From Alphaproteobacteria bacterium (GTDB taxonomy: Bacteria; Pseudomonadota; Alphaproteobacteria; Caulobacterales; Hyphomonadaceae), in NCBI GenBank assembly GCA_016125405.1, contig WGLW01000035.1, positions 5,886 to 69,885 on the forward strand: DNA of 64,000 nt. The letters run 5' to 3'. Under the pieces are notes generated by a model. That model was not told the origin of the DNA and did no database searches. It was given only the letters and a program-made list of their open reading frames with translations. The position numbers and the translations under genes are program-made. This document shows positions 19,426 to 28,986 of this stretch, in pieces (within the stretch, counting starts at the first letter, position 1; each line of letters opens with the position of its first letter).

Positions 19426-20451
19426 TCAGCTCAGCTCCCGAGTGGTGGCGCGAGTGCGTACCGGCGCCTGGTGCCCACCACGGCGGCCAAACACGCGAGG
19501 TTGGCGGCGCTCAACGCCTCCCGGCGCCGGCCCGCGATTGTTCTGACGACGTTCAACGCCATCCCAGGCGTCGATTGCGTCGAACTCCTCATCCGGTTTC
19601 GGCGCTTCACGCCTCGCTACGGGGCGTTTTGGGCTAGTGACCGCGGCTGTCGCGGCGCTTGCCCAGCTCGGCATGTCGAGATCGAACCCGTCATCGCCGC
19701 CATCGGAATCCGAGGCATCCATCGGATCCATAACGGACTCCCCGCCGGATTCAGGCGTCAGAACAGCCGTCGAAAAATCGGTGCGCGGGGCCGACGCCCA
19801 CGCCAGACCATTGTCTCCAACCTTGGCGAGGCGGTCGCGCAAGTAGAGCCAGAGTGAAGAAACTTCCTTGGCGGATTTGGAGTCCGGCCGGATATCGCCC
19901 ACGGTGCGCCCGTCGATCATCGAAGCGGCGAAATCGACGCGGTGATGCAGGGTGACAGGCGCAACCATCCCGTGCTGGGAGAGCGCCACCGCAGTTTCTG
20001 AGGTTATGCGGGCGCGAGGCGTCGCGGAGTTGACCACGAACACCAGCGGTTTCTTCAGGCTTTCGGCAATGTCGACAGTCGGTCCGACAGCGCGCAGGTC
20101 GTGCGGGCTGGGGCGGGTCGGCACCACAACCATGTCTGCGCGAGCAACGACATGGGAGATCGTTGCTGTAACCGCAGGTGGTGTATCCACGATGATCAGG
20201 CGGTACCCCAGCCCTTTCAGGCGGGTCAGGCTCGAATCGAGCTCTTCCAGCGGCGTATGGGCAAACGCCGGCGTCGCCGCCGCCCGCGAGTTCCACCACT
20301 TGGCCAGACTGCCTTGCGGGTCCGTATCGATCAGCGCCACGGGTCCATCGCCCGCACGCTCCGCTTCAACGGCAATGTGTCCAGACAGGGTGGTCTTGCC
20401 GGACCCGCCTTTCTGGGACGCAAAGACGACAACGCGCGCGCCTTCGGCCAT
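19426..20451 (-). CDS. ParA/ParF/VirC1-like deviant Walker-A ATPase with long disordered C-terminal tail
   Basis: VVVFASQKGGSGKTTL (deviant Walker A), IDTDPQGS, IIVDTPP. ATG 20451 is preceded by GAGGAGAG. The 89 codons upstream in the ORF track look non-coding. Confidence 0.85.
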   Translation of the reverse strand: MAEGARVVVFASQKGGSGKTTLSGHIAVEAERAGDGPVALIDTDPQGSLAKWWNSRAAATPAFAHTPLEELDSSLTRLKGLGYRLIIVDTPPAVTATISHVVARADMVVVPTRPSPHDLRAVGPTVDIAESLKKPLVFVVNSATPRARITSETAVALSQHGMVAPVTLHHRVDFAASMIDGRTVGDIRPDSKSAKEVSSLWLYLRDRLAKVGDNGLAWASAPRTDFSTAVLTPESGGESVMDPMDASDSDGGDDGFDLDMPSWASAATAAVTSPKRPVARREAPKPDEEFDAIDAWDGVERRQNNRGPAPGGVERRQPRVFGRRGGHQAPVRTRATTRELS

Positions 20452-20717
20452 CACGACTCTCCTCACCCTCCGCCCCGACGCATGCGCAAGGGACACTGCA
20501 TGATCGCATGGTGAGGGTGAGCGCCTTGACGCAGGATTAGGTTGATCTGGCAAATTTTGAGCGATTTGCACGTCGAACGGGCCCGGCAACCAGCCCCTTC
20601 TGGTAAACGCCAGATTGTCGCAGGCGGGCCTGCAGGCTTGCGAGGTTGACCCTAAGTCAATAATTGGAATTCTTCTAAAATATTGCGCCGCAGCAATTGC
20701 ATGGAGCAGGAATTTCA

Positions 20718-21236
20718 ATGATTGGCCGCCAAGTCCCCGACGTAACCTTCAAAACCCGCGTGCGGGACGACAGCGTCGGGGGACCTAACCCCTTCCGTTG
20801 GGAAGACAAGACAAGCAGCGACTATTTTGGCGGCAAAAAGGTTGTCGTGTTCTCGCTGCCGGGCGCCTTCACACCCACATGCTCGACCTACCAGCTTCCT
20901 GATTTCGAAAAACTCGCCCCGGAATTCAAAGCCAAGGGCGTCGACGATATCTACTGTATTTCGGTCAACGACGCGTTTGTGATGAACCAGTGGGCGAAAA
21001 GCCAGAACCTTCAGAACATCCAGGTCATCCCCGACGGATCGGGCAAATTCACCCGCGGAATGGATATGCTGGTCGACAAGGACAACCTCGGATTCGGTCA
21101 TCGCTCATGGCGCTACGCCGCGCTGATTGAGGACGGCAAGGTCACCAAATGGTTTGAGGAGCCCGGTCGCACCGATAACTGCGCGGACGATCCGTACGGC
21201 GAAAGCTCGCCGCAAAACGTGCTGGCCCAAATCTAG
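20718..21236 (+). CDS. Prx5-type peroxiredoxin
   Basis: VVVFSLPGAFTPTCS peroxidatic-Cys motif; ATG 20718 preceded by GGAGCAGG. Confidence 0.9.
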   Translation: MIGRQVPDVTFKTRVRDDSVGGPNPFRWEDKTSSDYFGGKKVVVFSLPGAFTPTCSTYQLPDFEKLAPEFKAKGVDDIYCISVNDAFVMNQWAKSQNLQNIQVIPDGSGKFTRGMDMLVDKDNLGFGHRSWRYAALIEDGKVTKWFEEPGRTDNCADDPYGESSPQNVLAQI

Positions 21237-21254
21237 AGACTGGCTGCTGCTGGC

Positions 21255-21293
21255 GCGGCAAATGGGGGTGCACTTCGGGCCCTCATTTGCCGC
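21255..21293. terminator. long hairpin between convergent peroxiredoxin and aspS genes
   Basis: gcggcaaatggggg / ccctcatttgccgc forms a 14-bp stem (one G-U) with an 11-nt loop. There is no clear U-tract on either side. Confidence 0.4.
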
Positions 21294-21312
21294 GACGCAG
21301 TGATACGCCGAA

Positions 21313-23118
21313 TTACTTCTTCTCGCCCGCAGTGACGCGAATGTTGAGTTCGCGGAGCTGTTTCGCGGAAACCTCCCCCGGTGCCCCCATCATCAGGTCC
21401 TGCGCCTGCTGGTTCAGCGGGAAAGCGATGACCTCACGCAGGTTGGACACACCCGCCAGCAGCATGACAATTCGGTCAACACCAGGCGCGGATCCGCCGT
21501 GCGGCGGGGCGCCATAGCGGAACGCGTTCAGCATGCCGCCAAACTTCTCTTCCACCACATCCCGCCCATATCCGGCGATCTCGAACGCCTTAAGCATGAT
21601 CTCGGGCTTGTGGTTCCGGATCGCGCCTGACGACAGCTCCACGCCATTGCACACGATATCGTACTGGAACGCCGTGATGCCTTCGATGATTTCCCGGTTG
21701 TGGTTGTCCAGCTTGAGAAAGGCATCGTGGTCGTAGTTCGGCATCGAGAAAGGGTTGTGCGAGAAGTCGATCTTCTTCTCATCTTCATTCCACTCGTACA
21801 TCGGGAAATCGACAATCCAGCAGAACCTGAACTGGTTGTCGTCCGTAAGCTTGAGTTCGCGGCCAACGCGGTTCCGCGCCTCGCCGGCGAACTTGAAGAA
21901 CGATTTCGGCTTGCCCGCCGCAAAGAAGATTGCGTCGCCGGCCTTGAGCCCGAACTGCGCGCGGATGGCTTCCGCCCGTTCAGGACCGATATTCTTCGCA
22001 ACCGGCCCCGCGCCGCTTTCCTCGCCTTCGCGCCAGAAGATGTAGCCAAGGCCCGGCGCGCCCTCGCCCTGGGCCCAGGAATTCATCTTGTCACAGAAAG
22101 CCCGGCTGCCGCCGCCCGGTGCGGGAATGCCCCACACTTCGGTCTCAGGGTCTTTCTCCAGCATCGCGGCGAACACCTTGAACCCGGAGTCCCGGAAATG
22201 GATGGAGACTTCCTGCATCTCGATGGGATTGCGAAGGTCCGGCTTGTCCGAACCATAGGTCCTGATCGCATCCGCATACTTGATGCGCGGAAACTCGCCG
22301 GCCTTCGTCACCGGCTTGCCCTCGCCAAACTCCTCGAACACGCCAGCCAGAACCGGTTCGATGGCCGCGAAAACGTCTTCCTGCGTCACAAAGCTCATCT
22401 CGAAGTCGAGCTGATAGAACTCTCCCGGCGAACGGTCGGCGCGGGCATCTTCATCCCGGAAACAGGGAGCGATCTGGAAGTACCGGTCGAAGCCGGCCAC
22501 CATCAGCAACTGCTTGAACTGCTGCGGCGCCTGCGGCAGCGCGTAGAATTTGCCTGGGTGCAGCCGGCTAGGAACCAGAAAGTCGCGCGCGCCTTCGGGG
22601 CTCGACGCCGTCAGGATCGGCGTCTGAAATTCCTGGAATCCCTGGGCGATCATTCGCTGACGCAGGCTCGCGATCACAGCCGAGCGCAGGATTACGCTGC
22701 GATGGAGACTTTCACGCCGGAGATCGAGAAAGCGATATTTCAGGCGGATGTCTTCCGGGTAATCCGGCTCGCCAAACACGGGCAGCGGCAATTCCTCGGC
22801 CTCCGACTGGATCGCGACCTCGGCAACCTTCAGCTCGATCTGACCGGTGGCCAGGTTCGGGTTGATGGTCGCCTCGCCTCGCGCCAGCACCTCGCCGGTA
22901 ACCGTAATCACGGTCTCGACCCGCATGCGCTCAAACAGTGCAAACTGCGGGTTGGACGGGGTCACCACGCACTGGGTGAGGCCGTAATGATCGCGCAGAT
23001 CGATAAAAAGCAGGCCGCCGTGATCGCGTTTGCGGTGAACCCAGCCCGAAAGGCGCGCGGTTCCGCCGACATTTTCCGCGCGAAGCTGGCCGCAGGTGTG
23101 CGTCCTGTAGGCGTGCAT
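21313..23118 (-). CDS. aspS: aspartate--tRNA ligase
   Basis: Class II aaRS motifs ([32 protein letters not shown]); full length, 601 aa. Confidence 0.96.
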   Translation of the reverse strand: MHAYRTHTCGQLRAENVGGTARLSGWVHRKRDHGGLLFIDLRDHYGLTQCVVTPSNPQFALFERMRVETVITVTGEVLARGEATINPNLATGQIELKVAEVAIQSEAEELPLPVFGEPDYPEDIRLKYRFLDLRRESLHRSVILRSAVIASLRQRMIAQGFQEFQTPILTASSPEGARDFLVPSRLHPGKFYALPQAPQQFKQLLMVAGFDRYFQIAPCFRDEDARADRSPGEFYQLDFEMSFVTQEDVFAAIEPVLAGVFEEFGEGKPVTKAGEFPRIKYADAIRTYGSDKPDLRNPIEMQEVSIHFRDSGFKVFAAMLEKDPETEVWGIPAPGGGSRAFCDKMNSWAQGEGAPGLGYIFWREGEESGAGPVAKNIGPERAEAIRAQFGLKAGDAIFFAAGKPKSFFKFAGEARNRVGRELKLTDDNQFRFCWIVDFPMYEWNEDEKKIDFSHNPFSMPNYDHDAFLKLDNHNREIIEGITAFQYDIVCNGVELSSGAIRNHKPEIMLKAFEIAGYGRDVVEEKFGGMLNAFRYGAPPHGGSAPGVDRIVMLLAGVSNLREVIAFPLNQQAQDLMMGAPGEVSAKQLRELNIRVTAGEKK

Positions 23119-23187
23119 TAGGAAAAGACTCCTGCTTACGTACCGGCATGGGGAGGCCGGGCTTGATTTGAATGGCCGGACAAGCGC

Positions 23188-24432
23188 ATGTCGCCGTCAA
23201 GCTTGTCAATATCGGCTACCGCCGCCTCGGGGGAGACGGCCGCGTCAGGAGACCTGGGTTTGACAGAAGACGAAGCCGGACCCATCCGGCTCATTACCGA
23301 TACGGCGTCCCTCAAAGAGGCCTGTGATCGGCTGGCGGCCGGCGATTTTCTTGCGCTGGACACCGAATTCCACCGCGAAACCACTTATTGGCCGCAGCTT
23401 TGTCTGGTCCAGGCCGCCAATGACGATTTCGACGTCCTGGTCGATCCGCTGGCCAAGGACATGGACCTGTCGCCTTTGCTGAAGCTGATCGCCGACAAAT
23501 CCCGGATGAAGGTGTTCCACGCGGCCAGACAGGACCTTGAAATCCTTGTCCGCATCATGGGCGAGGTTCCCAGCCCGGTGTTCGACACGCAAGTCGCGGC
23601 CATGGCCTGCGGTCTGGGCGATTCGATCAGTTACGAGAATCTCGTGAGCCGGGTGCTCAAAGGCACGATCGACAAGTCCTCCCAATTCACCGATTGGGCG
23701 CGCCGTCCGCTGTCAGAGAAGCAGCTGAAATACGCCCGTGGCGATGTCACCTATCTTCGTCGCATCTACATCATTCTTCGCGACAAGCTTACGAAACTCG
23801 ACCGCCTCGACTGGATCGAGGACGAGATGGCGGCGCTGGTCGACCCGCAGATCTATGCCTTTGATCCGAAGCAGGCGTGGAAGCGCCTGAAGCTGCGCAA
23901 GTACAAAAACGATTATCTCGCCGTGCTCGCATCTGTCGCCGAATGGCGTGAGACGGTGGCGCAGGAAAGCGACAAGCCGCGCGGCCGCATTCTCAAGGAC
24001 GACGCCATTCAGGAGATCGCCCAGCAACGGCCACGCAGCGGCGAAGCCGTAGAGCGGTTGCGCGCGGTGCCGTCCGGCTTTTCCCGCTCACGGCATGGCC
24101 AGTCGCTAGTGGCCGCCATCAACGCAGCGCTGGCCGATCCGGAAAAATACGCCCCCGTGGTCGAACGTCAGGAGTCTCATGGTCCGCCGCCGGGCGCCCT
24201 GACCGAGCTTCTCAAGGTGCTGCTGAAACAGGTCGCCGATGAAAACGATGTGGCCACACGCCTGATCGCCAACGCTTCGGACATTGAACGCATTGCGCGC
24301 GAGCCCAATCCAGATGTCGCAGCCCTGCGGGGATGGCGTCGTCAGGTTTTCGGCGAAAAAGCGCTTGCGCTGAAGACAGGCAAGGTGGCGCTTGCCGCAT
24401 CTCCCAATGGCGTCCGGGTTATCGAGGTTTAG
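23188..24432 (+). CDS. rnd: ribonuclease D
   Basis: DEDD exonuclease motif LALDTEF; HRDC region. The start is uncertain (an in-frame TTG about 23262 gives the usual short N-terminus). Confidence 0.88.
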   Translation: MSPSSLSISATAASGETAASGDLGLTEDEAGPIRLITDTASLKEACDRLAAGDFLALDTEFHRETTYWPQLCLVQAANDDFDVLVDPLAKDMDLSPLLKLIADKSRMKVFHAARQDLEILVRIMGEVPSPVFDTQVAAMACGLGDSISYENLVSRVLKGTIDKSSQFTDWARRPLSEKQLKYARGDVTYLRRIYIILRDKLTKLDRLDWIEDEMAALVDPQIYAFDPKQAWKRLKLRKYKNDYLAVLASVAEWRETVAQESDKPRGRILKDDAIQEIAQQRPRSGEAVERLRAVPSGFSRSRHGQSLVAAINAALADPEKYAPVVERQESHGPPPGALTELLKVLLKQVADENDVATRLIANASDIERIAREPNPDVAALRGWRRQVFGEKALALKTGKVALAASPNGVRVIEV

Positions 24433-24442
24433 CGACCGGCTC

Positions 24443-25831
24443 TCAGCTCGTTACGGAATAATCGAAACCGAGTTCCTCGGCTGCGAATTGAAGGCGCTTC
24501 TGCACGGACTCCGAAACAAGCGCGCGGTACTGGCTGCTGACCTTGAGCTCCAACGTGGCGCCGTCGCACTTCAAGCGGGCATGCTTGAGGAGCGAGGCCG
24601 ACCGCCCCGAGAAATCGGCTGCAAGTCGCATCAGCGAACCCAGCGCGCGGGCTTTGCCGGCGGTCTCATTGTCGAGCAACGCCGCGCTGACGTCATTGCG
24701 GGCGCCCCGCTTGAAACGTGTCGCCACCGCCAGCGCCAGCGCCGCACGGTCCTTGTGGGTCAATCCCGGCAGTGGGGCGCGAGCAACCAGGTCGAAAGCC
24801 AGGTCCGCGCGGTGGTCCGGATGAAGCAAGGCGCCGATATCCACCAGCCGGCAGGCCGCGACGCACAGGCGACGTGGCAGAGTGTAGGCGCCGGCCTCGG
24901 CGAGCCAGTCGATCAAGGCCCTCCCGAACTCCGCTGACGGATCGTCATCGTCCACCAGGGCGTCAAGCCCGGCCTCAAGCGGATCTTCCATTCGCTCGGC
25001 TTCGTCCATGTTGTCGAAAATGATGCCTTCCCGAACGCCATAGGACGACACCATCACGCTCTTGAACTTGCCGATGTCCAGAACGGCCGCCAGCACCGAA
25101 GCGGCATAGGGTATTGTTGCGGACCGGCGACGAGCCACTTCCTGCACCAGATCGCCGTGCTTCTTTCCGGCCATCAGTTCGTCGAGCAACGTAAGTAGCT
25201 TGGGCACGCCCATTTCGTAGTTCTGCAACATGTGAAGCGGCGCGCGCTGGAGCTCCATATGAATTGTGGCGATTGATCGCCAGGCGCCACCCACTGCGTA
25301 GAAGACATCACCCGTACGTTTCAGCTCCGGCGAGTCCGACAGCGCTTTGCGGACGCGCGAAGAAATCTTGTCGGCGTTGAAAGATCCGCCCGTGTCCAGC
25401 GCCAGCGGGCCGAGAGGATAGGATGTTCCGCCATCGTACTTGCCGCCATTGAGCCGCGCCAACTCGAGACTTGAGCCGCCCAGGTCGCCGACAATGCCGT
25501 CCGTGCCGGGACTGCCTGCGAGAACACCCTGCGCCGCATATCGCGCCTCGTCGTCACCCGACAGAATACGAAGCGAAAGCCCGGCCTCGCGCTTTACTCG
25601 ATCGCAGAATGCGCGTCCGTCAGACGCCTCGCGCACCGCCGCCGTGGCGAACGCGAACAGCGTGTCAACCTTCTGCGCACGCGTGATCGCCGCAAAACGG
25701 ACGAGTGAAGCGACAGCCAGCTCCACGCCTTCCTCGTTCAGTTTCCCCGAGGTCGCGAGGCCTCGGCCCAGCCCGGCCAGCACCTTCTCGTTGAAGCGCG
25801 GCTGCATCGCTCGTCCGCGCACGTCGTGCAC
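24443..25831 (-). CDS. ppx: exopolyphosphatase (Ppx/GppA family); the true 5' end very probably lies upstream of 25831
   Basis: ASKHA fold motifs (DLGGSSLEL; GGAWR) and a C-terminal HD-like region. The phosphate-1 loop VGVIDVGSNSVRLIV is encoded in frame at 25873-25832, upstream of the first canonical start (see findings). Confidence 0.85.
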   Translation of the reverse strand: MHDVRGRAMQPRFNEKVLAGLGRGLATSGKLNEEGVELAVASLVRFAAITRAQKVDTLFAFATAAVREASDGRAFCDRVKREAGLSLRILSGDDEARYAAQGVLAGSPGTDGIVGDLGGSSLELARLNGGKYDGGTSYPLGPLALDTGGSFNADKISSRVRKALSDSPELKRTGDVFYAVGGAWRSIATIHMELQRAPLHMLQNYEMGVPKLLTLLDELMAGKKHGDLVQEVARRRSATIPYAASVLAAVLDIGKFKSVMVSSYGVREGIIFDNMDEAERMEDPLEAGLDALVDDDDPSAEFGRALIDWLAEAGAYTLPRRLCVAACRLVDIGALLHPDHRADLAFDLVARAPLPGLTHKDRAALALAVATRFKRGARNDVSAALLDNETAGKARALGSLMRLAADFSGRSASLLKHARLKCDGATLELKVSSQYRALVSESVQKRLQFAAEELGFDYSVTS

Positions 25832-25982
25832 GATCAGACGGACCGAGTTGGATCCAACATCGATAACGCCAACCCGGCGCCAGCGCAGATTGCGGCCGCT
25901 GATTTTGCTTCTGACCGTTGAAGGAGTGAGGATCGGCAGGGTCTGGTCCTCTCTGGTCAGAGGCCAAACCCGTGTCGCCGGG

Positions 25983-28244
25983 CTAGCCCCTGGGTTTCAG
26001 CTGGGGCGGCGTCGCCGCGCCGAGGGCGCTGCCGCGTCCCGACAGGCTCGGATTCTCCAGGAAGTAGTCGTGCGCCGTGAACGGGGCGCGACCCTTGCCC
26101 GACGAGTTACGGACATAGCTTCCATCCGGCTTCAGAGTCCAGCTTTGCGCGCGGTCGTTCAGGTTCGCCAGCATGATCTGGTCCAGCACCTGATTATGCA
26201 CCGTCGGGTTGAGGATGGGGGTCAGCGCCTCGACCCGGCGATCGAGGTTGCGCGGCATCCAGTCAGCCGAGGAAATGAACACCTTAGCCGAATCCGATGG
26301 GAGCGCGCTCCCAGCCCCGAAACAGACAATCCTGCCATGTTCGAGAAACCGCCCGACGATCGAGCGAACTTCGATGTTCTCCGACATGCCCGGCACGCCC
26401 GGGCGCAGACAGCAGATGCCCCTCACAATCAGCTGGATCGACACGCCGGCCCGGCTGGCCTGGTAAAGCGCATCGATAATCTCGGCGTCAACGAGAGCGT
26501 TGAGCTTGGCCCAGATCGCACCCGGCCGGCCGGCGCGGGCATGGTCAGCTTCCTCTCCGATCAGCTTCAAAAGGGTCGATTTAAGGTTGAGCGGCGACAT
26601 GGCGATCCGCTCCAGCGTATCCGGCTTGGAGTAGCCCGTGACATAATTGAACAGCCGCCCCGCATCACGGCCCAGCGCCTCATCAGCCGTGAATAGCGAC
26701 AGGTCGTCATAGATGCGTGCGGTGATCGGGTGGTAGTTGCCGGTGCCAAAGTGAGTGTAGGAACGCAGTTGCCCCTGCTCGCGCCGGATCACCAAACTGA
26801 CTTTTGAATGGGTCTTCAGTTCGATGAAGCCGTAGACCACCTGTACGCCGGCGCGTTCGAGATCGCGCGCCCAGCGCAGGTTCGCTTCCTCATCGAAGCG
26901 CGCCTTGATTTCCACCAGCGCGGTCACGTTCTTGCCGGCTTCAGCCGCCGCGATCAGCGCCGCGACGATCGGCGAGTTCTTCGAGGTGCGGTAGAGCGTC
27001 TGCTTGATCGCAACCACGTCCGGATCGCTCGCCGCCTGCCGCAGGAACTGCAGCACCACATCGAAGCTTTCGTACGGGTGGTGGACAAGAATGTCTTTCT
27101 GGCGCGTCGCGGCGAAAATGTCGCCGTTGAATTCGCGAATGCGCTCCGGGAAGCGCGGTTCAAAGGGCTTGAACACAAGGTCCGGCCGGTTGTCGACGAT
27201 CAAGTCGGAAAGCTGGTTGATACCCATCACGCCATCGACCTCGACGACATCGATGGGTTCGGCCTCGATCTCGTGAATGAAGAACCGTTTCAGGTCCTCT
27301 GGCGCGTTGCGTTCGATTTTCAGGCGGACGATCCGGCCACGCTTGCGGCGCTTCAGCAGGATTTCAAATTCCCGCACGAGGTCTTCGGCTTCTTCCTCCA
27401 CCTCGATGTCGCTGTCACGAATGACGCGCAGCACGCAGCGTCCTTTCGAAATACAGTCCGGAAAGAGCGCATCCTGAAAAAGGGTGATGACGTTCTCAAG
27501 CGAGATGAAACGCCTGGCTGCGTCCTTGACCGGCAACTCGATGAACCGCGAGATCGAGCTTGGGATCGGCACAAGCGCTTGCAGGCGCGTGTGGTCGCTG
27601 GAGCGGTCGAGGGAAAAGCCGACAGCAAAACCCTGATTGGGAATGAACGGAAACGGGTGGGCCGGATCGATCGCCAGCGGCGTCAGAAGCGGAAAAACAT
27701 TCTTCATGAACTCGGCGCGAAGAACCGCGATTTCTTCCTCGTCGAGCTGGCCAGGATCGAGAACGCGGAGGCCCGCCTCCGCCATTGCGGTGCGCAGAGC
27801 GATCCAGATGCGCTGCTGACCGGCCATCAGTTCACCCGCCGCGGCGCCGATCTGCACGAGCTGTTCTTGCGGGGTCAGGCCATCCTGACTGGGCCGGGTC
27901 ACGCCGGCGCGCGCCTGCTCGCGCAGGCCAGCCACGCGCACCATGTAGAATTCATCAAGGTTGCTGGCCGAAATCGAGAGGAAACGCAGCCGCTCCAGCA
28001 GCGGGTGGCGTGGGTTTTCCGCCTCCTCAAGCACGCGCGTGTTGAACTTCAGCCAGGAAAGTTCGCGGTTGAAGAACCGCTCCGGCGAGGCCAGCAGCTG
28101 GGCCGCCTTGGCCGTTTCCGACTTTGTCGCCTTTGCGGTTTCTCGCGAACTTGTCTCAGTCCTGTCGGCCATGGCCGCCTTACCCACCGGTCGTTTCTTT
28201 TGGTTTCGCGGGCTTCTGCCGACGCGAGGAACTGGTTCTACCAC
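25983..28244 (-). CDS. ppk: polyphosphate kinase 1
   Basis: [20 protein letters not shown]-terminus; two PLD-like domains with a catalytic His ([11 protein letters not shown]). Alternative start at ATG 28172. Confidence 0.95.
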   Translation of the reverse strand: MVEPVPRVGRSPRNQKKRPVGKAAMADRTETSSRETAKATKSETAKAAQLLASPERFFNRELSWLKFNTRVLEEAENPRHPLLERLRFLSISASNLDEFYMVRVAGLREQARAGVTRPSQDGLTPQEQLVQIGAAAGELMAGQQRIWIALRTAMAEAGLRVLDPGQLDEEEIAVLRAEFMKNVFPLLTPLAIDPAHPFPFIPNQGFAVGFSLDRSSDHTRLQALVPIPSSISRFIELPVKDAARRFISLENVITLFQDALFPDCISKGRCVLRVIRDSDIEVEEEAEDLVREFEILLKRRKRGRIVRLKIERNAPEDLKRFFIHEIEAEPIDVVEVDGVMGINQLSDLIVDNRPDLVFKPFEPRFPERIREFNGDIFAATRQKDILVHHPYESFDVVLQFLRQAASDPDVVAIKQTLYRTSKNSPIVAALIAAAEAGKNVTALVEIKARFDEEANLRWARDLERAGVQVVYGFIELKTHSKVSLVIRREQGQLRSYTHFGTGNYHPITARIYDDLSLFTADEALGRDAGRLFNYVTGYSKPDTLERIAMSPLNLKSTLLKLIGEEADHARAGRPGAIWAKLNALVDAEIIDALYQASRAGVSIQLIVRGICCLRPGVPGMSENIEVRSIVGRFLEHGRIVCFGAGSALPSDSAKVFISSADWMPRNLDRRVEALTPILNPTVHNQVLDQIMLANLNDRAQSWTLKPDGSYVRNSSGKGRAPFTAHDYFLENPSLSGRGSALGAATPPQLKPRG

Positions 28245-28299
28245 GGAATTGTTACGTTTTGTTTGGGGCGATCGGCGGGAAATGATGACGGCTACTCGC

Positions 28300-28986
28300 T
28301 CAACCGGGGTCTATTCCCAGTGAAATCAGTATATTGCGTGCATTCCGAGGGCTCGACGCCTTGTCCGGCGAGCGTTCGATCTCGTCCACCAACAGGCCAA
28401 CCGCCGCCCACGACCGCTCCATGCGTTGCGCCAGATAGCCGGCGGACTCCTCTGGCAGGACGATATATCTGCGAGCGCACTCCTCTATCAGGCGCAGTGC
28501 GAGACCTTCCTCGTCAGGCTCTTCGATAGCCACAGCAGGCATCGCCTGCATGCGTGACCTCAGGTCCTTGGGATCGGCGAACCATCCGCCCGGGTCGCCT
28601 CGTCCGGAGAGCAGGATCGGCGCCCGCCGATCGCGGCACAGATTGATGGCCGCCAGCAGGGCGCGACCATTGGAGCATTGGTCCGCATCATCCACCGCCA
28701 GCGCAGTAATGGAGAGACCGGCGATTTCATCGATGTCAGCCGCCGCCAGCCCGGGGCCGGTTACCAGCGCAGCCCCCGTATCCGAGGCCCAGATCCGCAA
28801 CAGGTTCGTGCGCCCCGAGAACGGCTCTCCAGTGAGCGCCAGCTGGCCCTCCGGCCAATTGCGCCATCGCCGGATCGCGCCGCGCGCCGCCTGCTGGGCG
28901 GCCATTTCCAGCAGCGGCCGCTGGGCCGCATCAATGCGAGGAAAGTCGAGAAGAAGTTGCCGCCCCGAAGAAGCGCCGGCTGTCAT
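28300..28986 (-). CDS. hda: DnaA regulatory inactivator Hda (HdaA-like)
   Basis: N-terminal clamp-binding-like QLLLDF; DnaA domain III-like core ([35 protein letters not shown]). ATG 28986 overlaps the upstream stop (ATGA). Confidence 0.8.
   Translation of the reverse strand: MTAGASSGRQLLLDFPRIDAAQRPLLEMAAQQAARGAIRRWRNWPEGQLALTGEPFSGRTNLLRIWASDTGAALVTGPGLAAADIDEIAGLSITALAVDDADQCSNGRALLAAINLCRDRRAPILLSGRGDPGGWFADPKDLRSRMQAMPAVAIEEPDEEGLALRLIEECARRYIVLPEESAGYLAQRMERSWAAVGLLVDEIERSPDKASSPRNARNILISLGIDPG

Noticed and set aside
20452-20718. 89-codon N-terminal extension of the ParA-like ORF
   Set aside because: ParA-type ATPases begin a few residues before the KGGxGKT loop. ATG 20451 has a strong SD, and the extension runs through AT-rich promoter-like DNA shared with the divergent peroxiredoxin.
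21700-23121. 473-aa ORF antisense to aspS (similar cases: 62769..63938 opposite purF, 45211..46677 opposite mltG/yicC, 48542..50032 opposite fabG/fabD, 50006..51244 opposite rpsF-rplI, 26808..28529 opposite ppk, 53347..54258 opposite the HupE-like gene)
   Set aside because: All are long stop-free antisense frames of GC-rich coding DNA. None has motifs, a signal peptide or a plausible RBS, and the opposite strand carries conserved genes.
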